Below are positions 43,495 to 54,083 of a stretch of 64,000 bases of DNA, piece after piece. Origin of the DNA: Alphaproteobacteria bacterium (GTDB lineage: Bacteria > Pseudomonadota > Alphaproteobacteria > MPNO01 > UBA830). The stretch is from the NCBI GenBank assembly GCA_965243135.1, contig OZ251539.1, forward strand, positions 4,224,001 through 4,288,000. Reading direction: 5' to 3'. Made by a program: the position numbers and the translations under genes. The notes beneath the pieces were generated by a model. The model was not told the origin of the DNA. It saw only the letters and a program-made list of their open reading frames with translations, and ran no database searches. Numbering within the stretch: position 1 is the stretch's first letter; each line of letters starts with the position of its first letter.

Positions 43495-44386
43495 AAACGT
43501 CCAGCGGGCCGAACGGGCGATTTCCGCGTTCGCGGAACGGATGGAAGGCGCGTTGCGCGGCTGGCTGCCGCGGTCGGACGAGCCGGAAGGCCGGCTGTGC
43601 GAGGCGATGCGCTACGCCGCGCTGGGCGGCGGGAAATATCTCCGGCCCTATCTCGTCGAAGAGTCGGCCGCCATGTTCGGCGTTTCTCCGACCTCCCGGA
43701 TGCGCGTCGGCGCGGCCGTGGAAATGGTCCACGTCTACTCGCTGATCCACGACGACCTCCCGGCGATGGACGACGACGATCTACGCCGGGGCAAGGCCTC
43801 GTGCCATATCGCGTTCGGAGAAGCGACGGCGATCCTCGCCGGAGACGCGCTGCTGTCCCTGGCGTTCGAGACGCTCGCGTTTTCCGACACGCATCCCGAC
43901 GGCGGCGTTCGCAGCGAGCTCGTTCTGGAGCTCGCCCGCGCTTCGGGCGCGCGCGGAATGACCGGCGGCCAGATGATCGACCTCGAGAGCGAAGGCGCGC
44001 CCGCCGACGACGACGAGGTTTTCCGAATGGCCCGGCTCAAGACCGGCGCGCTGTTCGCGTTCTCCGCCGCCGCCGGCGCAATTCTGGGCCAGGCGGCTCC
44101 CGGCGAACGCGCCGCGCTGAACGCATTCGGATCGGAACTCGGACTCGCTTTTCAGATCGTCGACGATCTTCTTGACGTGGAAGGCGACGAAAAGGATCTT
44201 GGCAAGAAGGTCGGAAAGGATGCGGAGGCTGGCAAGGCGACGTTCGTTTCCGTATTCGGAGCGAAGGACGCTCGCGCGGAAGCGCGGCGCGCCGCGGATC
44301 GGGCCTGCGCGCGGCTCGACGCCTTCCAGGCGCGGGCGGACGGGCTGAGAGCGCTGGCCGAGTTCGCAGTGAATCGTGACAGATAG
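43484..44386 (+). CDS. ispA: Geranyltranstransferase (FPP synthase)
   Basis: [30 protein letters not shown]; xseB-ispA-dxs synteny. Confidence 0.93.
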   Translation: MPIRNVQRAERAISAFAERMEGALRGWLPRSDEPEGRLCEAMRYAALGGGKYLRPYLVEESAAMFGVSPTSRMRVGAAVEMVHVYSLIHDDLPAMDDDDLRRGKASCHIAFGEATAILAGDALLSLAFETLAFSDTHPDGGVRSELVLELARASGARGMTGGQMIDLESEGAPADDDEVFRMARLKTGALFAFSAAAGAILGQAAPGERAALNAFGSELGLAFQIVDDLLDVEGDEKDLGKKVGKDAEAGKATFVSVFGAKDARAEARRAADRACARLDAFQARADGLRALAEFAVNRDR

Positions 44387-44432
44387 CCAGGCAAAACCTC
44401 GTCCGGCGGGCGAGGCGCGAACGGAGAAAGCG

Positions 44433-46334
44433 ATGACGCCGCTCTTGGACCGGGTCCGATTCCCTCGCGACCTGAAGCAGTTCAAGCCGGAACAGCTCCG
44501 GCAGGTCGCTGACGAGTTGCGGACCGAAACGATCGACGCGGTCTCGGTCACCGGAGGGCATCTGGGCGCCGGCCTCGGGGTGGTCGAGCTTACGGTGGCA
44601 CTCCACTATCTTTTCGACGCGCCCGACGACAGGATCATCTGGGACGTCGGCCATCAGGCCTACCCGCACAAGATCCTGACGGGGAGGCGGGACCGCATCC
44701 GCACCCTGCGCCAGGGAAACGGACTGTCGGGCTTCACCAAACGTTCCGAGAGCGAATACGACCCGTTCGGCGCGGCGCACGCGTCCACGTCGATTTCGGC
44801 GGCGCTCGGCTTCTCGGTGGCGCGCGATCTTCAGGGAAGGAAGAACAAGGTCATCGCGGTCATCGGCGACGGCGCGATGACGGGAGGGATGGCCTTCGAG
44901 GCGCTGAACAACGCCGGCGCCATGGCCAACAAGCTGATCGTCATCCTGAACGACAACGACATGTCGATCGCGCCGCCGGTCGGCGCGCTGTCCGCCTATC
45001 TGTCGCGCCTGATCTCGTCGAAATCCTACCGGTCGCTGCGGGACATCGGCCTCCACATGTCGGAGAAATTTCCGCGATCGATGAAGAAGGCGGCGCAGCG
45101 CGCCGAGGAGTACGCTCGCGGGATCCTGACCGGCGGCACGCTGTTCGAGGAATTCGGCTTCTATTACGTCGGGCCGATCGACGGCCACAACCTCGACCAT
45201 CTGGTGCCCGTGCTGCGCAACGTGCGGGACGACGGCGCGGAAGGCCCCGTTCTCGTCCATGCCGTCACGCAGAAGGGCAAGGGCTACGCGCCGGCCGAGC
45301 GGTCGGAAGACAAGTATCACGGGGTGGGCAAGTTCAACGTCGTGACGGGCGCGCCCGCCGGAGGGAAGTCCAACGTCCCGACCTACACCAAGGTGTTCGC
45401 CCAAAGCCTGGTCCGCGAGGCGCAAGCGGACGACAAGATCGTCGCGATAACCGCGGCGATGCCGTCGGGGACCGGAATCGACCTGTTCGAACGGGAGTTT
45501 CCCGAGCGCGCCTTCGACGTCGGCCTCGCGGAGCAGCATGCCGTCACGTTCGCGGCGGGCCTTGCCGCCGAGGGCATGAAGCCGTTCGCGACGATCTATT
45601 CGACGTTTCTGCAGCGCGCGTTCGACCAGATCGTCCACGACGTGGCGATTCAGAACCTTCCGGTCCGGTTCGCCATGGACAGGGCCGGCTACGTCGGAGC
45701 CGACGGGCAGACCCATTGCGGCGCTTTCGACATCGCCTACATGAGTTGCCTGCCCAACATGGTCGTGATGGCTCCGTCGGACGAGGCCGAGCTGGTTCAC
45801 ATGGTGGCGACGGCCGTCGCCGTCGACGACCGGCCTTGCGCGTTCCGTTACCCCCGCGGCGAGGGAGTCGGCGTCGAATTGCCCGAACGAGGAGAGATAT
45901 TGCCGATCGGCCGGGGCCGCGTAATTCGCGAAGGCGCGAAGATCGCGCTGCTGTCCTACGGCGCCCGGCTGAAGGACTGCCTCGAAGCGGCGAACAATCT
46001 CGACGCGCGCGGACTGTCGACGACGGTGGCCGACGCCCGCTTCGCGAAGCCTCTCGACCGCGCGCTCCTGATGCGTCTTGCGGCGGAACACGAGGTGCTC
46101 GTGACGGTCGAAGAAGGCTCCATCGGCGGATTCGCCTCGCAGGCGATGCATGCGCTGGCCGAAGGCGGCGCCTTCGACGCCGGCCTGAAGTTCCGTCCGT
46201 TGGCGATGCCCGACTCTTTCCTCGACCACGACGCGCCGCGCCTCCAGGTGGAACGCGCAGGCTTGAGCGCGTCGCGTATCGTCGAGGCCGCGCTGCGCGC
46301 GCTGGGAAGCGCCGACGCGAGAGAGAGGGCCTGA
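44433..46334 (+). CDS. dxs: 1-deoxy-D-xylulose-5-phosphate synthase
   Basis: [39 protein letters not shown]; alternative GTG start at 44376. Confidence 0.96.
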   Translation: MTPLLDRVRFPRDLKQFKPEQLRQVADELRTETIDAVSVTGGHLGAGLGVVELTVALHYLFDAPDDRIIWDVGHQAYPHKILTGRRDRIRTLRQGNGLSGFTKRSESEYDPFGAAHASTSISAALGFSVARDLQGRKNKVIAVIGDGAMTGGMAFEALNNAGAMANKLIVILNDNDMSIAPPVGALSAYLSRLISSKSYRSLRDIGLHMSEKFPRSMKKAAQRAEEYARGILTGGTLFEEFGFYYVGPIDGHNLDHLVPVLRNVRDDGAEGPVLVHAVTQKGKGYAPAERSEDKYHGVGKFNVVTGAPAGGKSNVPTYTKVFAQSLVREAQADDKIVAITAAMPSGTGIDLFEREFPERAFDVGLAEQHAVTFAAGLAAEGMKPFATIYSTFLQRAFDQIVHDVAIQNLPVRFAMDRAGYVGADGQTHCGAFDIAYMSCLPNMVVMAPSDEAELVHMVATAVAVDDRPCAFRYPRGEGVGVELPERGEILPIGRGRVIREGAKIALLSYGARLKDCLEAANNLDARGLSTTVADARFAKPLDRALLMRLAAEHEVLVTVEEGSIGGFASQAMHALAEGGAFDAGLKFRPLAMPDSFLDHDAPRLQVERAGLSASRIVEAALRALGSADARERA

Positions 46335-47077
46335 CGACGCCCCGCAAGCGGCCCGACGTTCTGCTGGTCGAAGCCGGATTGGCGGAAACGGAAGCCTTGG
46401 CCCGGGCCCTGATCCTTTCCGGCAAGGTCTACTGCGGAGAGCGCCGCGTCGAGAAGCCCGGCATGGCGATCTCCGCCGACGCGCAGTTGGAAATTCGCGG
46501 CGCCGACCACCCATGGGTGTCGCGCGGCGGCGTCAAGCTCGACTTCGCGCTGAGCGCGTTCGGCATCGACGCCGGCGACGCCGTAGCGCTGGACGTCGGC
46601 GCCTCCACCGGCGGCTTCACCGACGTTTTGCTCAGCCGAGGCGCGCGGCGGGTCTATGCGGTGGACGTAGGTTACGGCCTGCTGCACTGGAAGCTGCGGA
46701 CGGACGCGCGCGTCGTCGTCCTCGAACGGACCAATGCGCGCCGCCTGACACGAGACCAGGTTCCTGAACCCGCGGACATCCTCGCGTGCGACGCCAGTTT
46801 CATCGGCCTCGAAACGATTCTGCCGACGCCGATGGAGCTCGCCGCGCCCGGCGCAAGATTGTGCGCCCTTATCAAGCCGCAATTCGAGGTGGACCGATCG
46901 GACGTCGGCGTCGGCGGGATCGTGCGCGACGGCGCGTTGCACGACGCGGTTTGCGCCCGCATCGAACGCTGGATCGCCGGTCGGCCGGGCTGGCGGATGG
47001 AGGGCGTCGTTCGAAGCCCGATCCGGGGGGCCAACGGGAACGCGGAATTTTTCGCAGGGGCGTCGAAGGCTTTCTGA
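46331..47077 (+). CDS. tlyA: TlyA-family rRNA 2'-O-methyltransferase
   Basis: S4 domain, [39 protein letters not shown]; apparent start is CTG overlapping the dxs stop. Confidence 0.9.
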   Translation: MTTPRKRPDVLLVEAGLAETEALARALILSGKVYCGERRVEKPGMAISADAQLEIRGADHPWVSRGGVKLDFALSAFGIDAGDAVALDVGASTGGFTDVLLSRGARRVYAVDVGYGLLHWKLRTDARVVVLERTNARRLTRDQVPEPADILACDASFIGLETILPTPMELAAPGARLCALIKPQFEVDRSDVGVGGIVRDGALHDAVCARIERWIAGRPGWRMEGVVRSPIRGANGNAEFFAGASKAF

Positions 47078-47146
47078 GGTCGAATGCCGCTACGGAGACC
47101 GCCTGCGTTGCGTTGATGGGGGCTCGATTTTTCCATGATCTTGTGA

Positions 47147-47193
47147 TGGTCGCGGGGACAGGATTCGAACCTGCGACCTTCAGGTTATGAGTT
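47147..47193 (-). repeat. 3' half of tRNA-(f)Met, att-site-like copy 1 (not an intact tRNA)
   Basis: Minus strand CTCATAACCTGAAGGTCGCAGGTTCGAATCCTGTCCCCGCGACCA: CAT anticodon loop, T-arm and CCA; no D-arm or 5' acceptor strand upstream. Confidence 0.85.
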
Positions 47194-47211
47194 CGCCGAT
47201 ATACTGGTTCG

Positions 47212-47830
47212 CTAATCACCGCCCCGTTTGCGCCAGCGAGCGCGAAGGGAAACGCCAAGTCTTCGGCGAGGCGGCGCAGCGCGCCGTCGAGAACCGCCTC
47301 GTCGCGCAAGCGCGGCAGGTAGACAAGCGAACCACTCGCGGAGCTCCTCGATCGGAACGTGCGGCCGGTCCTCCGGCCACGGCGGTTCGAAACAGCGGGT
47401 CAGATTTTCGGGACCGGTCTCGCCGAGCGCCGCGCCGTCGCCGTTCGCGTCCCCGACCGGCGCCGGACAGAGAAGATGCACCCATGCGCCGCGCACGCGC
47501 GCCCGAACTCGCCTTCCGCGTCGTTCGCCTGCGCCTGCGTCGCGTTCTTCTGAAGATCGGCATCTTTCAGGATCGACCGTCAAGCAATTTCCCGCCGGAC
47601 GTTCTCGCGCACCGCGTCCAGGTTCGCCGCGGCGGCGGCCACGAAGGCCAGCGCGTTGCGATAGCTCCGCTGTCCGCTTCCGCACGGCTCTACGGTGTCG
47701 CGCGCAGCGGGTTCCGCCGCGTCCGCGCCGCCGCCGTCATGCGCCGCCGAGGGAGGCAGGATCACGAGCGCCGCCGCGTCGCGCCGGTTCTCTATGCCGG
47801 AGGGATCGTCCGGCGCCGCGCGCGCGGGCC
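47212..47830 (-). pseudogene. Internal fragment resembling a DUF499-family AAA+ ATPase
   Basis: Across frames: ALVILPP...GSGQRSYRNALAFVAA...VRREIA*RSILKD...GAWVHLL...GPENL...WPEDRPHVPIEELREWFA...MRDEAVLDGAL; in-frame TGA and frameshifts. Family recognised from memory, not by search. Confidence 0.6.
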
Positions 47831-47990
47831 TCGACGACGTGCGCATCCACGATCTCCGTCACAGCTTCGCCTCCCGCGCCTTGGCGCTTGGCGAAGGGCT
47901 ACCGATGATCGGGAAACTGCTCGGCCACACCCAGCTTAAGACCACGGCCCGCTACGCTCGCCTCGCCCGCGATACCGTCAAGGCCTCCCG
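47821..47990 (+). pseudogene. Tyrosine integrase C-terminal remnant 1
   Basis: AGLDDVRIHDLRHSFASRALALGEGLPMIGKLLGHTQLKTTARY; N-terminus absent. Confidence 0.85.
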
Positions 47991-48284
47991 CCGCACGCAT
48001 CGGCGACAGCATCGAATGCGATCTGGAGGCGGGAGAGTGATCTCGGAGCACCATTTTGCCGGAAGCTGCCAAGACCTTGGGTGGCATGATTGGCAAAAAA
48101 CTTCGCAAAAATCCTATATCTCAGTATGAGTGTGATATATTCCATGTCATTGAGAGAATATGTCTTCGGCGGAAGATGTGACCATGAGCGACGTCGCCCA
48201 TCGTTCCGAGGTCGCGCCGTGCCGCCGCCTTCGGTCCACGGAATCCGGCCAGCCAGGCAAGCATGTAGATGCTGAAGAACGACG

Positions 48285-48421
48285 CTACGGAATGTTTCCG
48301 CCCTTGCGCCCATGGATGTTCTTCAGAAGCTCCTCGATGCTGTCCCCCTGAGTCGCACGCCCGGGAATGGACAGCACTTCCGCCCAATAGCCGCCTGGTG
48401 GACTGCGACACGCAGCTTCAT
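48285..48421 (-). pseudogene. hicB: HicB-family antitoxin, frameshifted
   Basis: AGGAGG RBS, then MKLRVAVHQA / GGYWAEVLSIPGRATQGDSIEELLKNI in a shifted frame. Confidence 0.7.
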
Positions 48422-48499
48422 TGTTCGCCTCCTCGCCTCTCGTCGGCGAGTCGTCGATGAATATGAACGGCGTAGCGCGAGCCTTCATCGCGCTGTCCC

Positions 48500-48695
48500 A
48501 TGCGCCCTTCCCCGAGCGCGTCAGCGCCTGATCGTACCGGAGCAGAAGTTTCAGATCCTCCTGAAGGACGGTTTCCGAGATTTTTCGGCGGCCGAGACGA
48601 TGGTGGCATAGTCCTGCTCTTGGTGAGCCCTAAAGAAACTGGCGCGCCTGGCCTCCGAGCGGAAGAGCTCGAGGCGCCTGGATTGGCGGCATTCC
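48500..48695 (-). pseudogene. C-terminal remnant resembling a large DNA methyltransferase (BREX type 3 PglXI-like)
   Basis: RRLELFRSEARRASFFRAHQEQDYATIVSAAEK / ISETVLQEDLKLLLRYDQALTR with a -1 shift at an A5 run; family recognised from memory. Confidence 0.5.
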
Positions 48696-48865
48696 TTCGC
48701 CTCGCGCGCGCTGGCGCTGGGTGAGAGCCTGACCATGATCGGCAAGCTGCTCGGCCGCACCCAAGTAGCCCCCGTCCGCTACGCCCATCTCGCCCGCGAC
48801 TCCATCCGGACCGCCGCCGGCATCACCGGAAGCATCAGCGGGAATCTCTCGGGCGACGACATCGC
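48684..48865 (+). pseudogene. Tyrosine integrase C-terminal remnant 2 (paralogous to remnant 1)
   Basis: RHSFASRALALGESLTMIGKLLGRTQVAPVRYAHLARDS. Confidence 0.8.
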
Positions 48866-48983
48866 TAATCCACAGTCGCAAAGGCCGGCTTCGGATAGTC
48901 AAAAATCGGAATCCACTTTATCATTGACGGACTAACACCCATTTCATATATGGTTATGGTGGATTTTTGAGAACTATCGACAA

Positions 48984-49793
48984 ATGCCTCGGCACGTATC
49001 TGCGCCCTTCTTCAGTGCACATCCGGTTTTCCGACGCGCCGAATACGCCGCCGCCGTCGGTCGCAGACCCGGCGACAAGGTCGTCACTGCGATGCTCACC
49101 CAGCACCTTCGAGCGGGCAATATCCGGCGCATCTCGCGGGGTGTCTTCGCGTCCGTACCCAAACATGCCGACGCCCGGTCATGGTCCGTCGACCGTTTTC
49201 TGGCTGCATCCCGCCTGCGTCCCGGCGGCGTGATCGCTTATCACTCGGCTCTCGAATTACATGGCTACGCCTACACCGAAGGGTATGACGTGCAGGTTAT
49301 CGCGTCCGGCGAGCCTGGTTTGTTCAAGGCGGCCGGGTTCACCTGCCGGTTCGTCCGTCCACCGTGCGGCTTCACCGAACGGAGCAAGTCATCGGCGGAT
49401 GGCGTCACGGCCGTTGATCGTCTGGGCTTGGAGGTCGACGTGACGACTGTCGAGGGAACCATCGCGGATCTGTTCGACCGCCATGATCTGGCCGGTGGGG
49501 TGGAGGAGCTCTTCGACTCACTGGATCTGGTGGCGCGCGTCGATGCCGAAGCACTGGTCCGTTACGCGCGCACGCGCGGCAATGCCACGGCCGTCGGCGC
49601 GCTCGGCTTCTGGCTGGAGTGCGAGCGGACGCGGCTGAGCGTGCCGGATCGTGCGTTGGAGAACCTCCGCGCGCTGGTGCCCCATCAAGCACGCTATGCC
49701 CTCGGCGCCAAGCCGGGCGCGGGACGGATGGCGAAGAGCTGGAACGTCATTCTCCCCATTGGCGTCGCCGAACGTCGCTTCGAGGGGCTGTGA
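48984..49793 (+). CDS. abiEi: Type IV TA antitoxin, AbiEi family
   Basis: wHTH-like N-terminus (GNIRRISRGVF), VIAYHSALELHG, VTTVEGTIAD, ALGFWLE, WNVILP; abuts abiEii. Confidence 0.85.
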   Translation: MPRHVSAPFFSAHPVFRRAEYAAAVGRRPGDKVVTAMLTQHLRAGNIRRISRGVFASVPKHADARSWSVDRFLAASRLRPGGVIAYHSALELHGYAYTEGYDVQVIASGEPGLFKAAGFTCRFVRPPCGFTERSKSSADGVTAVDRLGLEVDVTTVEGTIADLFDRHDLAGGVEELFDSLDLVARVDAEALVRYARTRGNATAVGALGFWLECERTRLSVPDRALENLRALVPHQARYALGAKPGAGRMAKSWNVILPIGVAERRFEGL

Positions 49794-50771
49794 ATGGCAC
49801 CGCCCTCCGCCCAGACGCTGCAGCGCCTCGCGAACAAGACCGGGTATCAGCCGGGCACGCTCGAGAAGGTGTTGCGGCTTCTGGACCTGCTGCGCGAGAT
49901 CGCCGGAGACCCGATCCTTTCCGAGCGGCTCGTCCTCAAGGGCGGAACGGCGCTCAACGTCTTCCATCTCGGTCTCGACCGGCTATCCGTCGATATCGAC
50001 CTCAACTATATCGGCGCGCTCGACCGGGCGGAAATGGAACTCGAACGCCCTGCGGTCGAAAACACGATCGATCGTCTCCTGGCTTCTCAGGGCTACGGCG
50101 TCCGCCGTCGACCGAGCGAACATGCCGGCGGCAAATGGCTGTCGCGCTACGCGTCGGCGCTCGGCGGCAACGCCACTTTGGAGCTGGACATGAACTACAT
50201 GATGCGCCAACCCCTGTTCGGCGCGGCGCGGATGGCATCCCGTCCCCTCGGCAACGTTCAGGCGGACGGCGTTCTCGTCCTCGACCTCCACGAGATCGTC
50301 GCCGGGAAGATTATCGCGCTCGTCGACCGGCGCGCCGCGCGCGATCTATTCGACGCACGCCGCATCCTGTCGATCGAGAGCCTTGACTGGAGCTGGATCA
50401 AAGCCGCCGTGCTGGCCATGGGCGCCGGTGGGCGGCGCGATTGGAGAACCATGTCAGTCGACGCCATCGACGGCGACTCGCGCGAGTTCCGTCAAAAGCT
50501 CGCCATATGCCTGCCGCGCGACCGCTTTGCCGGTACGGGAGAAGTCGATGCGTGGGTCGAGGAGACTGTCGCGCTCTGTCGGGAGAAGCTCGCCTTCCTG
50601 TTCGACCTGTCGGCGAACGAACGGGCGTTTCTCGACAGCGTTCTTGACCGTGGCGAGATCAACGCTGACCTGCTTGATGTCGAACCCGAAATACAAGCAC
50701 GAATCGAGGCCATGCCAATACTGGCGTGGAAGTCACTGAGCGTTCGCAAGCATCACAGGCAAGGTGTCTGA
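49794..50771 (+). CDS. abiEii: Type IV TA toxin, AbiEii/AbiGii nucleotidyltransferase
   Basis: LVLKGGTAL, RLSVDIDL, EIVAGKIIAL, RAARDLFD. Confidence 0.92.
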   Translation: MAPPSAQTLQRLANKTGYQPGTLEKVLRLLDLLREIAGDPILSERLVLKGGTALNVFHLGLDRLSVDIDLNYIGALDRAEMELERPAVENTIDRLLASQGYGVRRRPSEHAGGKWLSRYASALGGNATLELDMNYMMRQPLFGAARMASRPLGNVQADGVLVLDLHEIVAGKIIALVDRRAARDLFDARRILSIESLDWSWIKAAVLAMGAGGRRDWRTMSVDAIDGDSREFRQKLAICLPRDRFAGTGEVDAWVEETVALCREKLAFLFDLSANERAFLDSVLDRGEINADLLDVEPEIQARIEAMPILAWKSLSVRKHHRQGV

Positions 50772-50792
50772 CAGTCCGTTTGAGAAATCGGG

Positions 50793-50993
50793 TTACGTTA
50801 GCCCACATTTCTCATCCTGCTTGTCCGCAAGCTTCATCCGGCGATGGAGGCGCCGCAGGGTTCGTTCGCGCTCCTCCCCCTGACAGGGGGGAGGTCCGGC
50901 ATAAGCGTTAACTTGTTCTCGCGGATCCTGCTCCGAGATGCTCCGACCCGGAAATGGACGACAATGGGACGGATGAGCCAACAATTCGGACAT
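50793..50993 (-). CDS. Hypothetical 66-aa protein
   Basis: GGAGGT RBS-like sequence before the ATG; no motif recognised. Confidence 0.25.
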   Translation of the reverse strand: MSELLAHPSHCRPFPGRSISEQDPREQVNAYAGPPPCQGEERERTLRRLHRRMKLADKQDEKCGLT

Positions 50994-51351
50994 TTTCCTA
51001 CCTCCCCATCAGGCGTTTTGGCTGACGGCGCGGGCTTCAGCGATAACCACCCCAGTTTGCCAAGCAAGTTGACGCTTATGGGGAGGTCGAGAGGGGGAGG
51101 CGGGGCCTTACCTGATCCGGAGGTCGATGAGATAGGCACCCGGCTTTCCGCCAGCGACGATTCGGAGATTATCCGGGTCACGGGCGGACGGCGAACATCC
51201 AATTAAGCACTGGGGCGCCGCCCCCACAAGGAATCGGCGCACTCATACCGCTTCACGGACCCGAGTCGACTCGGTGTTGACTCGACGATTGAAAACAACG
51301 TTACAGGAATCGAAAGCCCCCGGAAACGTCCATGTCTCCACTGGCTTGGAA

Positions 51352-51397
51352 CGGTTGCGGGGCGGGATTCGAACCTGCGACCTTCAGGTTACGAGTT
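51352..51397 (-). repeat. Degenerate 3' half of tRNA-(f)Met, att-site-like copy 2
   Basis: 27-bp core GGATTCGAACCTGCGACCTTCAGGTTA (51365-51391) identical to 47161-47187; anticodon changed to CGT, CCA lost, no 5' half. Confidence 0.8.
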
Positions 51398-51503
51398 AGA
51401 AAGAAGCACCGTCGCGACAACGGCTTTTTCGCTCTGCGATATTTCCGGCGTCTGCGTCTTCAGCATCCAGACCGCGTCGCGCGCCTCTTGAAAACGGGAG
51501 CCG

Positions 51504-52574
51504 TCAGCCGCACTGCGCGCGATGGCGCAGCAAATGATCCGCCAGAACGCACGCCATCATGGCTTCGCCGACCGGCACGCCGCGAATCCCGACGCACGGA
51601 TCGTGGCGTCCCCCGGTGGCTACCTCGGCGTCCTCGCCATGCACGGTGACCGTGCGGCGGGAAACCGGAATGGAACTCGTCGGCTTGACGGCGAAGCGCA
51701 CGACGATGTCCTGACCCGTGGAAATCCCGCCGAGAATGCCCCCCGCATGGTTGGAAAGGAACGTCTCCCTGCCGTCCTTCATCCGCATCTCGTCGGAATT
51801 TTCTTCGCCGGTCAGCGACGCCGCGCCGAATCCCGCGCCGATCTCCACGCCCTTGACCGCGTTGATGCTCATCATCGCCGCCGCCAGTTCGGCGTCCAGC
51901 TTTCCGTACACCGGCGCGCCGAGTCCCGGCGGGATCCCCGACGCGACGATCTCGATCACCGCGCCGACGGACGATCCTCGCTTGCGGACATCGTCGAGAT
52001 AGGAAGCCCATTCGGCGGCGGCGGCGGCGTCGGGACACCAGAACGGATTGCGCTCCACCTCCGGCCAGCGCCATCTTGACCGATCGGCAACCCGGTCGCC
52101 CATCTGCACCATGGCCCCCCGGATCTGCATCTCGGGACCCAGGATCCGCCGCGCGATTCCAGCGGCGGCGACCCGGCAGGCGGTCTCGCGAGCGGACGCG
52201 CGGCCGCCGCCCCTGTAATCGCGATGGCCGTATTTCCTCCAGTAGGCGTAATCGGCGTGGCCGGGGCGAAACCTGTCGCGGATCGCCAGATAGTCCCTGG
52301 ACCGCGCATCCCGATTGCGGATCAGGAGGCTGACGGGCGTTCCGGTCGTCCGGCCCTCGAAAACGCCGGAAAGTATTTCAACCTCGTCGGTTTCGCGGCG
52401 CTGGGAGACGAAGCGCGATCCCCCGGGCCTGCGCCTGTCGAGCCAGATCTGGATATGGGATTCGGCCAGTTCGATGCCTGGCGGCACGCCGTCCACCACG
52501 CAGCCGATCGCGGGACCGTGGCTCTCGCCCCACGTCGTCACGCGAAACGAACGGCCGAAGCTGTTGAAGGACAT
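51504..52574 (-). CDS. aroC: Chorismate synthase
   Basis: [37 protein letters not shown]. Confidence 0.97.
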   Translation of the reverse strand: MSFNSFGRSFRVTTWGESHGPAIGCVVDGVPPGIELAESHIQIWLDRRRPGGSRFVSQRRETDEVEILSGVFEGRTTGTPVSLLIRNRDARSRDYLAIRDRFRPGHADYAYWRKYGHRDYRGGGRASARETACRVAAAGIARRILGPEMQIRGAMVQMGDRVADRSRWRWPEVERNPFWCPDAAAAAEWASYLDDVRKRGSSVGAVIEIVASGIPPGLGAPVYGKLDAELAAAMMSINAVKGVEIGAGFGAASLTGEENSDEMRMKDGRETFLSNHAGGILGGISTGQDIVVRFAVKPTSSIPVSRRTVTVHGEDAEVATGGRHDPCVGIRGVPVGEAMMACVLADHLLRHRAQCG

Positions 52575-53389
52575 CAGTCGTCCTTGACGACGGAAATGTC
52601 GGGCGCGTCGACCGCTTTCATGCCGACGACATGATAGCCGCAATCGACGTGATGCACTTCTCCCGTGACGCCGGCGGAAAGGTCGGAGAGCAGATACAGG
52701 GCCGAGCCTCCGACGTCGTCGATGTTGACGTTGCGTTTCAGCGGAGCGTTGTACGCGTTCCATTTCAGGATGTAGCGGAAATCGCCGATGCCCGAAGCCG
52801 CCAGCGTCCTGATCGGTCCGGCCGAAATCGCGTTCACGCGAATGCCGCTTCCTCCCAGATCGACCGCCAGATACCTGACGCTCGCTTCGAGCGCCGCCTT
52901 GGCGACCCCCATCACGTTGTAATGCGGCATTACCCGCTCGGCGCCGGCATAGGTCAGCGTGAGCAGGCCGCCGCCGTTCTCCATCAGCGGCTCCGCCCTG
53001 CGGCACACGGCCGTGAAGGAGTAACAGGAGACGTTCAGGGTCCGCGCGAAATTTTCCGGGCTCGTGTCCAGATAGCGGCCCTTCAACTCCTCCCTGTCGG
53101 AGAAGGCGACGGCGTGAACCACGAAATCGAGCCGGCCCCATTCGCCGGCGAGCCGCTCGAAGACGGCGTCGACGCTCGCCTCGTCGGTCACGTCGCAAGG
53201 CAGGACGAGTTCCGATCCCAGCGACTCCGCCAGCGGGCGAACGCGCTTTTCCAGCGCCTCGCCCTGGTGCGTGAAAGCGAGGGCCGCGCCCTGTCCGGCC
53301 AAAGCCTTGCTGATCCCCCAGGCGAGCGAACGGTCGTTCGCGACGCCCATGACGAGGCCGCGCTTTCCGTGCATCAGGGCGTCCGTCAT
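52574..53389 (-). CDS. fabI: Enoyl-ACP reductase
   Basis: [33 protein letters not shown]. Confidence 0.96.
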   Translation of the reverse strand: MTDALMHGKRGLVMGVANDRSLAWGISKALAGQGAALAFTHQGEALEKRVRPLAESLGSELVLPCDVTDEASVDAVFERLAGEWGRLDFVVHAVAFSDREELKGRYLDTSPENFARTLNVSCYSFTAVCRRAEPLMENGGGLLTLTYAGAERVMPHYNVMGVAKAALEASVRYLAVDLGGSGIRVNAISAGPIRTLAASGIGDFRYILKWNAYNAPLKRNVNIDDVGGSALYLLSDLSAGVTGEVHHVDCGYHVVGMKAVDAPDISVVKDD

Positions 53390-53480
53390 TGCCGCCTCGT
53401 CTTTGCGGAGCCGCCGCCGCCCGGCCCGCAAACCCTGCGGGCCGGGAACCGGTCGTTCGCGCCGGCGAACCGCCGCCGCG

Positions 53481-53957
53481 CTATCCGACGATCTTCCAGG
53501 TGCCGTCCGGCTGTCTGCAGGCGGTGCCGTAGGCCTGCTCGGTCTTGCCGCCCACGGTTATGGTCTGCTGGTATTCGCGGCAATACTGCCCGGACGCCCG
53601 CTGGAAGGTCTTCCGCGGGGTAACCGTGCCGCTGTTGCCGCTGTCCGGATTCTTCCAGCTGGAAGTCTGCCCCGTTTCGGCCTTTTCCAGAGCCTTCTGC
53701 GTCGTCCGACTCATCGCCAGCCTGTCGGCCCTGTCCAGCGACTTGCCCACCTCGCTGCCCAGCCAAGCGCCGGCAAGCGTTCCGAGCGCCGTGGCGACCA
53801 GCTTGCCCCGGCCCTTGCCGGCCTGGGCGCCCAGCACGCCGCCGGCCGCCGCTCCGATAAGCGTGCCTCCGAGTTGCTTCGGTCCCTGACCCTGGCAGCC
53901 CGCCACCGCGATCGAAGCGACCGCCAGCAGCGGAATGAGTATTTTCCCGTGTTTCAT
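53481..53957 (-). CDS. 17-kDa surface antigen-like glycine-zipper lipoprotein
   Basis: Lipobox VAGC, glycine zipper, [25 protein letters not shown]. Confidence 0.9.
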   Translation of the reverse strand: MKHGKILIPLLAVASIAVAGCQGQGPKQLGGTLIGAAAGGVLGAQAGKGRGKLVATALGTLAGAWLGSEVGKSLDRADRLAMSRTTQKALEKAETGQTSSWKNPDSGNSGTVTPRKTFQRASGQYCREYQQTITVGGKTEQAYGTACRQPDGTWKIVG

Positions 53958-54083
53958 GTCAAGCCCTTTCGACCGCGAGCCCTTGCAGATTCCACTTGCA
54001 ATCGTTGCTCGCCACGCCGTTCCGTCTATCATGTCGACGGAAGGATGTCATCATCCGTATCGCAGCGGCCGTTCGGGCGGGAT

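Larger units (their letters stand above)
47147..51397. mobile_element. Decayed tRNA-Met-targeting integrative (defence) island
   Basis: Direct-repeat tRNA halves at both ends, two integrase C-terminal remnants, defence and TA cargo; interrupts the housekeeping backbone between tlyA and aroC. Confidence 0.75.

Noticed and set aside
47147-47230. Intact tRNA-Met gene
   Set aside because: Only the anticodon loop to CCA is present; the upstream sequence gives no D-arm or acceptor pairing.
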